Program-made: the position numbers and the translations under genes
Assembly (NCBI GenBank): GCA_963787255.1
Contig: CAWBCJ010000001.1
Coordinates: 1-64,000 of the forward strand
Reading direction: 5' to 3'
Source: Methanobacteriota archaeon
GTDB taxonomy: Archaea; Methanobacteriota; Methanobacteria; Methanobacteriales; Methanobacteriaceae
Length of the DNA stretch: 64,000 nt
In this document: positions 1-12,195 of the stretch, piece after piece
How the letters are laid out: every line of letters starts with the position of its first letter
Position numbering within the stretch: position 1 is the first letter of the stretch
The notes under the pieces: model-generated
Told to the model about the DNA's origin: nothing
What the model saw: the letters and a program-made list of their open reading frames with translations, nothing else
The model's database searches: none

Positions 1-88
1 CATTGAATGTCCTTATCAATTACTTGTAAGCTTTCAAAATTTTTTTATTGTAATAATTTACTACGCTATCTGGTAATGGCATACTCAT
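1..88 (-). CDS. N-terminus of probable major capsid protein (runs off window)
   Basis: AGGTG RBS then ATG at 88 (MSMPLPDSVVNYYNKK, then an apparent indel). Assignment is positional only, directly after the cement gene. Confidence 0.35.
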
Positions 89-98
89 TTCACCTACA

Positions 99-711
99 TT
101 ATCTTATTTTCATTGGCACGATATCTGCTGCATCGCCGCCTACTTAAGTATTCTCCAAATACTGTTTCTTCTTGTGTTTATTGTCAGCTAATTCCGCTTC
201 GTAAATCCTGCAGTTACTTCGGTTATTGTTTGGTTCGCTTCTGGATCGTTTCTTCATCAATTAATGCGTTTACTGCTGTGTTTATCTCTGTTCCTGTAGG
301 AGTAGCGCCTAAAGTTAGGTCTGGAAAGTCAGTTGCTGCTTTAGCGGTTAATGTTGGTGCTGTAAGTGCTGGTTTAGCTTGACCGTATCCTCTACCTGCT
401 GTACTTCCAGGGATACATTCCTGGCCTGCTGTAACAGTTGCACCTAATTTAACATAAACAGTACCGGAATCAAAGGCTGTTACTGTTTCGCCTGCTTTCC
501 AGCCTGTTCTTTTAACTATTCCTCCCGCCCCATCGGACACCATCATGTCTTCTGGCGGTATTGCAACGGCTATAGGTATATCCCCTGCACCTGCAAGGTT
601 TCATTTAGTTTTATCAGTTGCATTAAACTTTATTAGACTGTATGGGGGTATATCTTCTGCTGCTATAAGTTCTATTGCTATTTCATTTCCATAAAATGGT
701 TTTGGTCCCAT
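99..711 (-). CDS. Capsid cement/head decoration protein (DUF2190-like), frameshifted
   Basis: Reconstructed MGPKPFYGNEIAIELIAAEDIPPYSLIKF...AGAGDIPIAVA...AGETVTAFDSGTVYVKLGATVTAGQ...GGDAADIVPMKIR. Includes ORF 223-546; GAGGTGA RBS; lies after the scaffold. Confidence 0.55.
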
Positions 712-735
712 AACTAATCACCTCAAAAAATAATA

Positions 736-2231
736 TTATTCTTGGGCTGTGCCCATTTCCTCAATTTCTTTTCTAAGCTCATCAGATTCTTCTTTATCCT
801 TATCAGCCTGTTTTTTAAGTGTTTCATCATTAGTAAGTGGAATCTCCCCTGCAGGGATCTTTTTAAGCGCCTTTTCCATTATCTTGTTATAATTTTTAAT
901 GCAACTATCAGGATCTTCTTCAAGTTCTTCCTTGGAGAATTCAGTTTCAAGTGTCTTCATAAGCTCTTTTTCGTTTATGATTTCTGTTTCTTCATCGTAC
1001 TTTTTAGTTAGATCCAATGCTGTTTTTACAAGGGTTTTGTGCTCTTTTTCTGCTACAGATTGTATGGTGCCATACATATCCTTTTTGAGTTCGGTATTTT
1101 CATCTTTTAGTGTTTTAAGTTCTTTTTTAAGCTCTGTATTCTCTGTTTTAATGCCATCGATGTCTTTTTTCATGTTTTCAAGTCTTTTGAATATCGTCAC
1201 CGCTAGGATCTCCAGCTGAATCCGTTTCTGGATCTGGAGTCCTTCTCTTCAATTCCAAACAATCCTTTAAGGAACTGTCTTTACCTTATCTCCTGCGTAT
1301 TTAAGTTTTTTCATCTTGCTTTCTCTAATTCTACACCTTCAGGTATCTCTATATCAGTCAATTTACCGCCTCTAACATCTTTAAGCATTTCATCATAAAA
1401 TACGGCCATCTTTTCAACCCACTTATTATCAACTTCTGCGGGCTCACCAATCGCAACCTCCCCATTTTCATCAAGGCTGTATGGCACGGCATAGACTTTA
1501 TCTTCATCATAGGATTCAGCAATAACAGCATTCGGCCAGGTACACCTAACCCAAAACTTAGATTCTGTCGCCTATAGTGAATTTATCATTTATAGCAGCT
1601 CTTATCTTGCTACTAAGTGCCTCATAAGATTCGCTTTCATTCAAATCCACATTTTCCACTTCCTTCTCTATTTTAAAACCTTCATCGTATGACTTGAAAA
1701 TCGGAGCACATATCGGACAATCCTTAGTTACTGCCTGGGCTGTCCCCAGTGGTATCCCATGCTGCTGGCGTGTCGGTTAATGCTGCTTTAAAAATACGTA
1801 CACCATCAATCTTTCTCAGACCGTCACGGTGCCTTTTCAGATTTTGGTTGCTTTACCCTGTACGCTGCCTCCGAGATGTGAACCAGAATCAACAAGATCC
1901 TTTATAGTATCCCTCCATTCTTTACGTACACGGAGATTCCACCCATGACGTCTTTGTCTCTCAAGCCACGCATCAGTGACAGGCCCTATAATCGCTTTCA
2001 AGCCCTTCTGATGACTGTCATCGATGTTGACGCCTTTAAGTTTACTTCCATCACATTAATGCCTTTAGCCGGTTCCACCATTTCGCCCAGGGCCTTTTCA
2101 GTCATCTGATCCCCTTGAAGATGGGGCTGGAGCTGCTTATTCCAAGTTTAATATGATAATAACTGTCATCACCGTCGTAGCCTTTCATTAATGGCATTGG
2201 AAACTGAAAAGTCATTGCTTAAAATTGACAA
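736..2231 (-). CDS. Prohead protease fused to coiled-coil scaffold, multiply frameshifted
   Basis: Reconstructed fragments QGDQMTEKAL, NIDDSH, IIGPVTDAW, LGGSVQG and AALTDTPA match the HK97-type protease pattern. C-terminal ORF 736-1200 is a K/E-rich heptad coiled coil. GGAGGTGA RBS. Confidence 0.65.
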
Positions 2232-2659
2232 AAATTTTTCACCTCCGAAAAAAAATTAGTTTAAAAAAAAGTATATTAGTATTTGAAGCAATTTAATGCG
2301 ATTAAAGATTAAAACATTAATATAGGAGATAAAATTATTAAATTATTCAGATAGACAAAATAAGATAAAATTTAAAAATTATTTAGAAATCTTTAAACAA
2401 TTCAAGATTATATAAACTCAATTCAATTAATTAAAAACATAAAATGAATTAATCATACATACCCAACATAAATAAATATCATTATAAAAAAAATCATTAA
2501 AATGATGAAAAACTATATAAAATCCCTATAGTAGTTTTTACAACATCCCGCGAAGAAGAATGAATAAAATGTTATTGATTTGGGGTGTAAGTACATATAA
2601 CAATACCCCTGAGTTTGTGGGGGTTGAACACATAATGAAACAATTAAACAAATTATAAA

Positions 2660-3107
2660 TCACCATATGACCAAGCATGTAACCATAGTCCAAAATTCCT
2701 CAATAGACTTAACCAGTTTAGAAATGGTTAAAATCAATAGGCTTAACAATATAACAATTTAGCATGCATATCATAAGCCCTCTTAACTTCAACCGCCTCA
2801 TCGGAAGTACCCAAAATAATAAGAAGGAATTTTCTTCAACTCATCATCATCCTTAATTAACTCTAAAATATGCATTCCCCCACCTTTGGGCATTTTCAAA
2901 TTCCAAAACAATAATATCCGGCAAAGAAACACCCGTATATGCTCCTTTTTGATATAAATAATCCAATGCCAGGGCACCATCACTAACATGCCCAATTTTA
3001 ATATAAGATTTGGAATCTTTAAAGAAATCTTTGAAAAAGCGTGCATCACCGGGATTATCCTCAACCAACAAAACCTTCATGGTTTTATATTCTCCTATCT
3101 TATCCAT
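2660..3107 (-). CDS. Single-domain response regulator (Rcp1-like), frameshifted
   Basis: VLLVEDNPGD...DGALALDYLYQ...LPDII; C-terminal VKSIEEFW in another frame. Confidence 0.8.
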
Positions 3108-3275
3108 TAATCCACTTTAATAACTGTATAACTTTAGGAATCGAATGTTTTTTGTGTGACAAACTTATAATCATTAATTTCTAAATTAAATTATTAAAAT
3201 GACCTTTTATCATTAACATGACATTATTACCATATTAATCCCTATTTAAGAACCGTCCCCCCCACAATTTTAGGG

Positions 3276-5375
3276 TTAAAGGAAATTGTGAAATAAAAAG
3301 TAGAACCCACACCAAACCTTGACTCCACCCAAACACGGCCACCATGCACGCTCAACTATCCTTTTAACTATAGCTAATCCTATTCCAGTACCTTTATATA
3401 CCTCTCGCGTATGTAAACGCTGGAATATTATAAAAATACGCTTCTGCATACTGTGGTTCGATACCAATACCATTATCAACTACTGAAAAAAGATATTTCC
3501 TTTTTCTTCGTCTTTGCGGGCGGATAATATGGATTTTTGGATGTTCATCTGGCTTTTTAAACTTAATAGCATTCCCAATAAGATTTTGGAACAATTGAAC
3601 TAACTGTGTTTTATCAGCAGTTATAGTTGGAAGCTTATCAACTGTGATTTCTGCATGACATTCTTCACTTGAAGTTTTAAGATTAGATAAGACACTATCC
3701 AACACTTCTTCTGTATCCACTTCCTGGAATTCTTCTCCTTGTGTTGCTACTCTGGAATATTGTAACAAATCATTAATTAACTGCTGCATACGTTTTGCCG
3801 CTTCTACAATGTAATCCATGAATTCGTCAGCATCAGAATCTAATTTACCTTTATAACGCCTTTCAAGAAGTTGTGTGAAGCTTGCAATAGTACGTAATGG
3901 TTCTTGTAAGTCGTGACTGGATACATAAGCAAATTGTGTTAATTCTTCATTGAACGTTTTAAGTCACTTAATAAGGTTTCAATTTCATCTTCAGCTTTTT
4001 TACGTTCTGTAATATCTCTAATAATTGCTAAAATACCTATGGATTTACCTACATTATCTTTAAGCATTGTTGTTACGGCTTCTATCCTTATTCTTTCGCC
4101 ATTCTTCTTTACATGGATATTTTCACCGCGCCAATATCCTTTAGTCATTAAATCATGACTTGAAATTTTCTCATCTTCAGGTTTAACCCATTCAAATGTG
4201 TAAGCATCAGTAAGAAATTTATTTATTACCTCTTCCTTTTTAAGTCCATAAAGGCGTTCAGCTCCTTTATTCCAGTAAGTAATCCTATAATCATTATCGA
4301 TCGAAATTACAGCATCATTGACTTGAGACAATATCTTCGGCTTGTATTCTAAGTTTCTCGGTTCTTTCTTCTACTTTTAACTCTAAAGTATCGTAGTTCT
4401 TGTAAGGCTTCTTCAGCTTTTTTACGTTCAGTTATATCTCTTACTACGGAAACCGATCCAATAATGTTTCCAGTGGCATCTTTTATTGGATTAGAATAAC
4501 TTGACGATGGCGTAATTCTCCAGTAGTCAGAATCCGAACGATTTCCCTTGATTCTTAATAACTTCTCCTTTAGGGCGCATAAAGGGTGGAGCTTCCTCTA
4601 CGGGGCGTAGCGTACCACATCAGGGCGGTACACTTCAGCACTGCCAGCGATTTTTTCAACATCATTATCTTTAAAAAGTCATTACCAAACCCACCTACAA
4701 CCGCAGGGTTAACTATTCTAAATTTTTATTAGCATCAGCAAACCAGACCTCATCAGGAATACTATTTAATAGACTTGAAAGCTTGTCCTTCTCCTTCTTC
4801 CAACCGAAGCCAATAATTCTTGTACATTATCCTCAGCTTTTTTACGTTCTGTAATTTCGGTTATAATTATGCGGTATTTTTCATCAAGCTTATCATATAT
4901 TGGTATAATTTGCATTTGAACATAAAATAGTGATTTTTTCCCTTTTTTTAACTGTAGTTCAACTTCTTGACTTCATGCTTAACCATTGCATCTTTAATAG
5001 AACGATAATATTTAGTCTGGTAATCTTGAGGTATGAATAGGATGAAACCAAACCCAATAATCCTGTCTTTTTCTAATCCGAAGCAATTCTGCCCCTTTAA
5101 TGTTCACATTTCTTACATTTCCTTTATTATCCAATGAAAAGTATCCTACAGGCGCTTCATTGTACATTTCATGGTATTCATCGTAAAGATTTGATAATTC
5201 CTCTTGAGTCTCCCTTAGTTCTTCATTCTGCATTTCCAGCTCTGTTTGATGAACCTGAAGCTCATGCACCAACTCAGCAGTGCTTTCAGGGATATTGCCT
5301 TTTACTTTGGCATCTTGCATCTCTTTTTCTGCACGCTCATGCGTACAAAGAATCAGTTTTTTTTATTTAACCCAT
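3276..5375 (-). CDS. PAS-domain sensor histidine kinase, frameshifted
   Basis: ORFs 5012-5320, 3939-4331, 3394-3819 and 3276-3479 give coiled coil, PAS, H-box (SHDLQEPLR), N-box (NLIGNAIKF), DNGIG and GTGIGL. Confidence 0.85.
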
Positions 5376-5654
5376 CTTCAGACTCTAAATGTGCTAGATA
5401 TTCTATAACTTAATCTTTGAATAATCATTTGGTTTCCATAACCTATTCTTTATCATAAAAAAAAGGATATGCATGTGATTGATTGAATATTTCCCGGAAT
5501 TCATCCCCGATCTGACGTTTCCAAGGTCTTTTCTATGCTTTTTATTTAGGTTAGTGTTCCATTGTCCATTTAAAAAACACCTTGAAACTTATATAATTTA
5601 ATTATAATTATATTTCTTATGATTTAATTTTTCACAAATATTATTAAAAAAAAT
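4830..5654. repeat. Long direct repeat, copy 1 (kinase 5' end plus upstream region)
   Basis: Highly similar by eye to 20440-21241, ending in CACAAATATTATTAAAAAAAAT. Confidence 0.9.
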
Positions 5655-5685
5655 GAAAAATTTAGACATACGGTTTTAAACAACC

Positions 5686-6993
5686 CTAATTTCTTCCAAT
5701 CATTACACCACCAAGATTAGGTGAGAAAATAAATGGTTTATCAAGCCATTCACGGATATCTGGCTGGCTAAATGCACCTGTAGCCCAGACCGAACTGATA
5801 ATCTGGGCTGCTTCAAGTAAATTATTTGCAAGAAAGGGGTTATATTCAACTTCTAATCTGCCCTCGGTTATTTCATTGCATTTCTGAGCATGTTTACTCA
5901 CTTGGCAATATCTCAATGATGGGTGTGTGAACAAAATTCCGTGATCCCTTTTCTAGCATGCTGATAAAAGTTTCTGCAAGAGTACGAATGTATCGCGGTT
6001 AACATACTGTGAAACATGAGTAGTGGCATGGGTACTCTTTGTTTGAAACTATAGACTTTCAAGGCTTGATTTTTCAATTTCGCCTAGTTTAACTTCTTTT
6101 CCTCCGAAGCTGGCTTCTATTACTTTTTGCCAGTCATAAACTGCTACGGTTCCGCCGGTTTCTTCTTGTCGGCGGTAAAATTGGGCAGTGTCATCTAAAT
6201 AATTTTGAGCTTCATTAACATCTTCTTTGATTTTCTTTCCATATTCACTTTCAGCGATCTTTTCGGTGTCAATTTCAATAACACGGAAAAGATTAGCATA
6301 TTTATGTCCAAGTCGGTCGCGGTAGTGGGGGAATCTTGCAATAGTCCTTAAATCGGTTATGCTGTTCATTAAATCAGAATTACCATAAGGGCTGTATCTT
6401 GTCATAGGGTTATTAGTGGAATAAATTATACGTTCAGCTTCCAGGGTAACTGGCTTGTTTTACGGTCCACGGTAGGTGCATATTGTTCGTATGTTTTGGT
6501 GCCTGTGGTATCGGCCATAACTTCTCGGATGCTCTTATCGGTTAGTGTCATGGGGTTTATACAGTCTATTCCCATTACCTTCTCTTTGGGGCTGTAATAG
6601 AATCCCCCACTTTTATCATAGGTTTTAACTATGCTGGATCTTCCAAGTACGCGGTAAAATACTGCGTGTTGTATCATTGTGGTGTAAAAATCAATTTTTT
6701 TAAAGAATTTTTCTGTAATTTTCTTTGCTTCCATGCCGGATTCTTCATCTTCAAATCCTACAGGTTTAAGCTGCCAGCCTACACCAAGTTCTGCATAGAC
6801 TTTTAAATCAATAAATGGTCCTGCAGCTCCACGTCAGATAATGCAGGAGCAATTCATTATCCGATGCAATGGGGAAGTCTGTTATTTGGCGTATTGAATA
6901 ATTTATAAAGTGTGGATCATATCTTCTCATGGCCTGCATAATCCGGTCATTGGGATCATGGCTCATGATGGGCAAACTATTTTTATTTGTCAT
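5686..6993 (-). CDS. Portal protein, frameshifted into four or more pieces
   Basis: ORFs 6808-6993, 6426-6734, 6049-6405 and 5686-5934 directly after TerL; YSPYGNS motif and terminal DIREWL motif typical of portals. Confidence 0.7.
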
Positions 6994-8383
6994 GCTTTAC
7001 TTCTCAATGTTGGATTAAATTTAACCCGGTCCTTCTTATCTTTAATAGGGTGTAGCTTGTTAATTATTAATGATAAGCTGTCAATACGGTCATCGTGCTT
7101 TGTTTCTTCATCATCTTCTTTGATTTTATCAAAATTGGGGAAGTTAATCGCCTGTTTAGTGAAAATATCCAGGTAAGGATTTTTAGGGTCATCTAAAAAT
7201 AGTAACTTTCCTTCGTTAATTCTTGGCACTAATCGGCCTGCACGTATAACCTTATTCTTAAACACTGGCACCATGGTGACATTATAATCATTAAATTCGT
7301 TTAGCCAGTGATAATCAACAATGTCTCCTGCTGCTGCGGGCTGATGCTCAATCCACTGTTCAACCTCAAGGCCATCTACTGCCATGGTTACTTTCATCCG
7401 CTTTTCTAGGTGACCCGGTAATTTCTTAAAGGATTCCTGTTTAACCACAACTTCCAGGTCATTTTTAAATACCATTAACAAGTGTTGATGCAGTGTAATC
7501 GTTATGTTTTTTATCAGTGGCAGCTATATCCCATCCCCTGATCATCATTAATAATTCATTCTCTTTTAATATCTCCTTGTACTGTTTTAGATTGATTGTG
7601 GCTTTATCAATCATTTCAGCATCAAATATATCCCCTGATTTAGGTGTGTAATGCCAATCACCATCTTTCTGGTATTTACGATCCATAAATGTAAGGTTAT
7701 CAAGCGTTTTACTATACACTACTTTGTTAATAAAAGGGTTATGCCGCCAATCTAATGGAAAATAGGGTTTATTCCCATCAACGTATGTTTCTCTTAGGTA
7801 TTCTGTACTGGGACCTCCAGGATTGGAGAGATTGATCATTGCAATATTTATTCTTGCGTCAAGGGCATTTCTGAGGGATCTAAATAGAAAAGTTAAAATA
7901 TTTGGATCTAATTCAGAAGCTTCATCATTAATAATCCGGTCGTAAGATTCACTTTTGACTTTACCTTTCTTTTTAACATTATCAAATGCTTTAAACCAAA
8001 CTTTAGCTCCATAAGGTGAAGTAATTCTTAGTTTAGATTCATTTGCAGTGCAAGCTAAATTCTTTAATCGTTCTTCATCGCAGGCCCAGGCTTTTAGGTT
8101 TTCCCATATACTGTCTTCACCGGTTAATTCAGCATAATTAAGCCGGGTGACCAAGCAGCTGTAATCAGGAACATCTAGGTATTGGCTTGCAAGCATTGTG
8201 CCAAGGAAAGTTTTTCCCCCATAGCCCCCCGCACCGATGAGGGCTGTGTTGGCTTCATTATCAACTAAAGGTTTATTTACTTGGAATATGGGCCATGACT
8301 GCCTTGGATATGGCTTATAGTAAAATATAATCGTTTTTGCAGATGCTTTCATCAAATAATAATAAATCGTGTTTAGTAAGCAT
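6990..8383 (-). CDS. terL: Terminase large subunit, frameshifted
   Basis: Walker A GAGGYGGKT, Walker B IINDEASE, coupling motif SNPGG, RNase H nuclease WDIAA..DYTA and HDDRIDSLS. Confidence 0.92.
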
Positions 8384-8384
8384 G

Positions 8385-8909
8385 TTACTTTGGAATTTTT
8401 TGATTATCATCTGTATCATTGCTCACTTCAATATATTGCAGGAGCTTATCTACACGAGTAAAAACTGTTTCTGTTTCAATTTTTCCAGAGTATTCATGTT
8501 TCATGGATCCTTTTTGTTCAGAGATGTCTGTAGGTTGATTCTGGATCAATAAGCTCGTTTTAATTAAACGCACCAAATCTTGACTATGTTCAATAGGAAT
8601 GGGCTCCCTGGTCTTATTATTAACTTCATCAATATATTTATTTAAAGAAAAATGAATAATACCAAGATATTTAGCCTTATTATCAACAATAGTGGCATTT
8701 ATTCTCTCCTCTAAAGAATTTTGAACGCTAACGTCTCTTATGGCCATTTTATTTTCCCAATCAAATTTTGTACGCCATCGCCTAACAGTCCTATCATTCA
8801 CACTAAAAGTGTTAGCAACTGACAAAACGCTTTCAGCGACACTCATACCTTCATTGAGTTTAAGGTAGTAGTGTTCGAATGCGTCTTTGTGTCTATACTG
8901 TTCTTTCAT
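8385..8909 (-). CDS. terS: Terminase small subunit
   Basis: N-terminal HTH (VANTFSVNDRTVRRWRTKFDW), helical core and HEYSG tail, immediately upstream of TerL. Confidence 0.75.
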   Translation of the reverse strand: MKEQYRHKDAFEHYYLKLNEGMSVAESVLSVANTFSVNDRTVRRWRTKFDWENKMAIRDVSVQNSLEERINATIVDNKAKYLGIIHFSLNKYIDEVNNKTREPIPIEHSQDLVRLIKTSLLIQNQPTDISEQKGSMKHEYSGKIETETVFTRVDKLLQYIEVSNDTDDNQKIPK

Positions 8910-8916
8910 AATAATA

Positions 8917-10198
8917 TCAACTAATTAGATTATTTTTTTGGTTTGCTTTTTGTCCTGTGAATTCTTCCCACCGCTTAATTATTAAGTCACAGTAATGAGG
9001 GTCTAATTCCATCATGTAGCAGGGTCGGTCTGTTTGTTCACAGGCGATGAGCGTAGTGCCACTTCCTCCAAATGGATCAAAAACTTTTCCTTTATTACTG
9101 GTTCCGTATAAAATAAATTTACTGCATAATTTTAATGGTTTTTGTGTAGGATGCCCTACACGCTCAGTACTGGATTGCATTGCTGCATACTTCATCACTG
9201 TTTTAGGGTAACGCTCCCCAGTTTCATTTACCTTGTCTGTACGTTTCATGCCATTAATGGGTGATACACCATGTCCTTTTAGTTTGTAGGGTTCTCCTTC
9301 ATCCATCACTAGATCCAGATTTGTGGTCATATCCCTTACCCTACTCCTTTTTCGTTTAAACAGGTAGATGTTTTCATGATTCTGTTGGAATCGGCCCTCT
9401 ACGAAGTTTGCAAATTGGGGTTTTTCCCAGATGCATTCCTGCCAAAAATCAAAATCAATTTTTGTGAAGCTGTTTATTATATCATTTCCAAAGGGTAATT
9501 TACAGAAAATATGAATTTGCCCCGTAGGAGTTAATAATTCATTAAATAACTGTGAGAGGGCATTCCAGTTTAATTTAACATCCCAATCTTGCGCTATTTG
9601 TCCATAAGGAGGATCTGTAAAAATTAAATCAATCAACTCATTCTCTAAAACTTTGTTTATATCTTCATTATCTGTAGAATCTCCACACATCAACCGATGC
9701 CGGCCTAGTTGCCAGATGTCTCCTATTTTACATGTGGATTCAACTTCTTTTTCACCGGGATTGAAATTATCTTCTTTAATACTGGTTTTATCCGCTATTT
9801 TTGTTTCAATTTCTTGTAATTCTGTTTCATTAAAACCAGTTAACATTACATCAAAGTTTGCAAGTTTCAAGTCAGTGTTTAGTGTTTGTAGTTTTCCATA
9901 ATTCCAATCTGATTCTTCACCTAATTTATTATCTGCTAGCATATATGCAACTGCTTCAGGAGCTGTCATGCATGTGTTTCATGCGTCTAAATGGAACTTC
10001 CTCTAGTTTTAGTACATTTTTTGCTGCTAGGTATGCGCCTTCACCTGCTAGAATGTAATTATCATGGCTGATAATTATGGGCCTTCCCCAATCCAATTCC
10101 TTGATACTTTTAGCAATTTTTTGTATTTGTTCTTCACTATGATCTCTTGGATTTTTAGGGTGGGGCTTTATATCCTTGATTTTAATAAATTCCTTCAT
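8917..10198 (-). CDS. ParB-like domain fused to N4/N6 DNA methyltransferase, frameshifted
   Basis: IKPHPKNPRDH...YILAGEG (ParB), ADNKL, DPPY catalytic motif, HPTQKP, DPFGGSGTT SAM motif; a common neighbour of TerS in tailed viruses. Confidence 0.88.
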
Positions 10199-10223
10199 TT
10201 TTTTCACCCATTTACATAAAAAT

Positions 10224-10496
10224 TTATAATCCTTTTCCTTTTGCAATTTCTTTTAATTGTTCTAAAAATTCTTTAAATTCTTTTTTATCACTCATTTCAC
10301 CATTAAGAGCCGCTATCCATCTTAACATAAAATCTACTTTTGTTTCAAGCCGTGCTATACTTTCTCCACTTTTAGGGTCAACACATTCTTCTACTTTAGC
10401 AAGTCTTTGAAGTGCATTAACAAGAAATATCCCCAAAACAATTGATGGACCTAATATTATTCCAGTTATGGTTATCAACAATTCCAGATTGTCCAT
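10224..10496 (-). CDS. Small membrane protein with coiled coil (holin-associated type)
   Basis: One N-terminal TM helix then IARLETKVD coiled coil; in the viral operon. Confidence 0.55.
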   Translation of the reverse strand: MDNLELLITITGIILGPSIVLGIFLVNALQRLAKVEECVDPKSGESIARLETKVDFMLRWIAALNGEMSDKKEFKEFLEQLKEIAKGKGL

Positions 10497-10537
10497 AAAA
10501 ACAACCCCCCCCTAGAAAGTGGAAAAAAAAGCGTTCA

Positions 10538-10849
10538 TTAGGGTTCGTCTACAATCACATTCTCTTCAATTAATGCATCTTTAGGTACCGGCATGTACAG
10601 TTTTTCCCTTGCAAGGGCCGTACTGGTCGTATAATTGTAAACATAGACTATTACCGCTACCATTACACCTATACCAACTAATGCTATTTTTACTATGCCT
10701 TGATATTCAACAGGTACAATTACAATTAAAACTCCACCTATTTGGTTGATTCCTTCTTGTAAGCTTGGGAATATTTGATTTAAAAATGCAAATAATCCTA
10801 TCATAGCTGCAAGGAATGCTGTTAATTTATTTGCAAAATCCTTATCCAT
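10538..10849 (-). CDS. Holin-like membrane protein
   Basis: 103 aa with 2-3 hydrophobic helices and a charged tail; GGAGG RBS; first gene of the packaging operon. Confidence 0.5.
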   Translation of the reverse strand: MDKDFANKLTAFLAAMIGLFAFLNQIFPSLQEGINQIGGVLIVIVPVEYQGIVKIALVGIGVMVAVIVYVYNYTTSTALAREKLYMPVPKDALIEENVIVDEP

Positions 10850-11171
10850 ACATAATTCCTCCTATTAATAGTCAATAAAAAAAAAGATAAGTAATCCCCC
10901 TTTAGGTGTAAACTCCCAAAATAGTGTATTTTTTTTACGATTCCAAGTTCAATAATAACTGGTTAGAACTCCCACAAAAAAAATAGAGCAAAGAAAGGGA
11001 AAAAAATAGCCTTTACTCATTTTTTTCGTAATTTCACTCAAATGGAAGGGAAAACCTGGCTAAAGTTTCAGTAAAATGAGTAAAATTAAAAAAAATAGAC
11101 CCCTAAAGGAATTCACCATCAATGGAGGGGGAAAATTTTTTCTCCCTTCAATTCTATATTCTGGTTGTCAT

Positions 11172-12050
11172 TTAATGTGGTGATTTTAACCCCATTTTTT
11201 GAAGCTTAAACCGGATCATGTTTTCATAAGCATTCCAATCATATTCTCCATTCTCATTAACCGGAATAGCTGGAACATTATCAGTACCCACACCAAATGT
11301 TCTTTTATTTAAAGATCCTGATGAATATAAATCTCTCATATTGTTAGCATGCTCAAATTTATCCCTATTTTTAATAATCACCTGATTAATTTTGCGCATA
11401 TTCCTTTTACGGGCTTTAACAGAACATAAATCAGTGCAATACTTCTTCCTGCCTTTGGTATTCTTTAAAAATAAACCATCACATATGGGACAAAACTTTA
11501 AAATACTACGCCTTGGATAATATTTAACTCCGTTATGAATTTTCCACCGCGGAACAGTCATAATAGTCCCTCCCAGGGAATTTAGTGTCTTTAAATTTTC
11601 ATGTACTAAGCCGCATTTAGGACAAAATGTTTCTCCACGTTCGTAATCAGCTGCAATATCCTGGCATCCGCATTCACAAGGTTCGCTTTTAATAATTTTA
11701 AATAAACCATAAGTTTTATTTCCACGGCCCATTACTGCAGCTTCCTCTTCATTAATTTCACTTTTAAGATGTATCTGTATACTAGCACCAAAATCAATCT
11801 TATAATCAGTAGAAAAGTTACTGAAAAAGGAATTAACTACATCGTTGTTAACTTTTAAAACTCTTGTAAATTCACCTTTATCAATTCCTTTCTTTTTAAC
11901 GATCTTGTATTCGTTTTTAGGCTTTAATTTCAGTTTCTTATGCTTGATCTGTGTATGGCAGTATGGGCATGTGCCTATATCCGTTGCAGGCGCATGACAA
12001 TGGGCACATCTAAGTCTATCCGCTTTAATCTTAACATGTAAAATCTCCAT
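11172..12050 (-). CDS. Multi-zinc-ribbon protein containing a TFIIB-type Zn ribbon
   Basis: CAHC..CPYC, CECGCQDIAADYERGETFCPKCGLV and CPIC..KKYCTDLC. GGAGG RBS favours start 12050 over 12194. Confidence 0.7.
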   Translation of the reverse strand: MEILHVKIKADRLRCAHCHAPATDIGTCPYCHTQIKHKKLKLKPKNEYKIVKKKGIDKGEFTRVLKVNNDVVNSFFSNFSTDYKIDFGASIQIHLKSEINEEEAAVMGRGNKTYGLFKIIKSEPCECGCQDIAADYERGETFCPKCGLVHENLKTLNSLGGTIMTVPRWKIHNGVKYYPRRSILKFCPICDGLFLKNTKGRKKYCTDLCSVKARKRNMRKINQVIIKNRDKFEHANNMRDLYSSGSLNKRTFGVGTDNVPAIPVNENGEYDWNAYENMIRFKLQKMGLKSPH

Positions 12051-12195
12051 AGGTATTCCTCCAAAAAAAAGTTTTTTTTTAGTAGAGGAACAACTATGCC
12101 TGATTAAATCAATGAAAAAATAGGATTGAATTAGGATACTATCTATAAAATAAGATATTTTCTGTTTTATCTGGTTTTTTGGAATTTCCTTCATT

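Noticed and set aside
113-1219. Plus-strand ORFs 113-382, 742-1011, 899-1219 and similar antisense ORFs elsewhere
   Set aside because: Shadow frames of well-supported genes on the opposite strand.
2853-2930. Glu in place of the phospho-acceptor Asp in the first response regulator
   Set aside because: Coincides with the frameshift; removing one base restores LDLKMP.
12051-12194. N-terminal extension of the Zn-ribbon ORF
   Set aside because: Low-complexity AT-rich sequence; a strong GGAGG RBS precedes ATG 12050.
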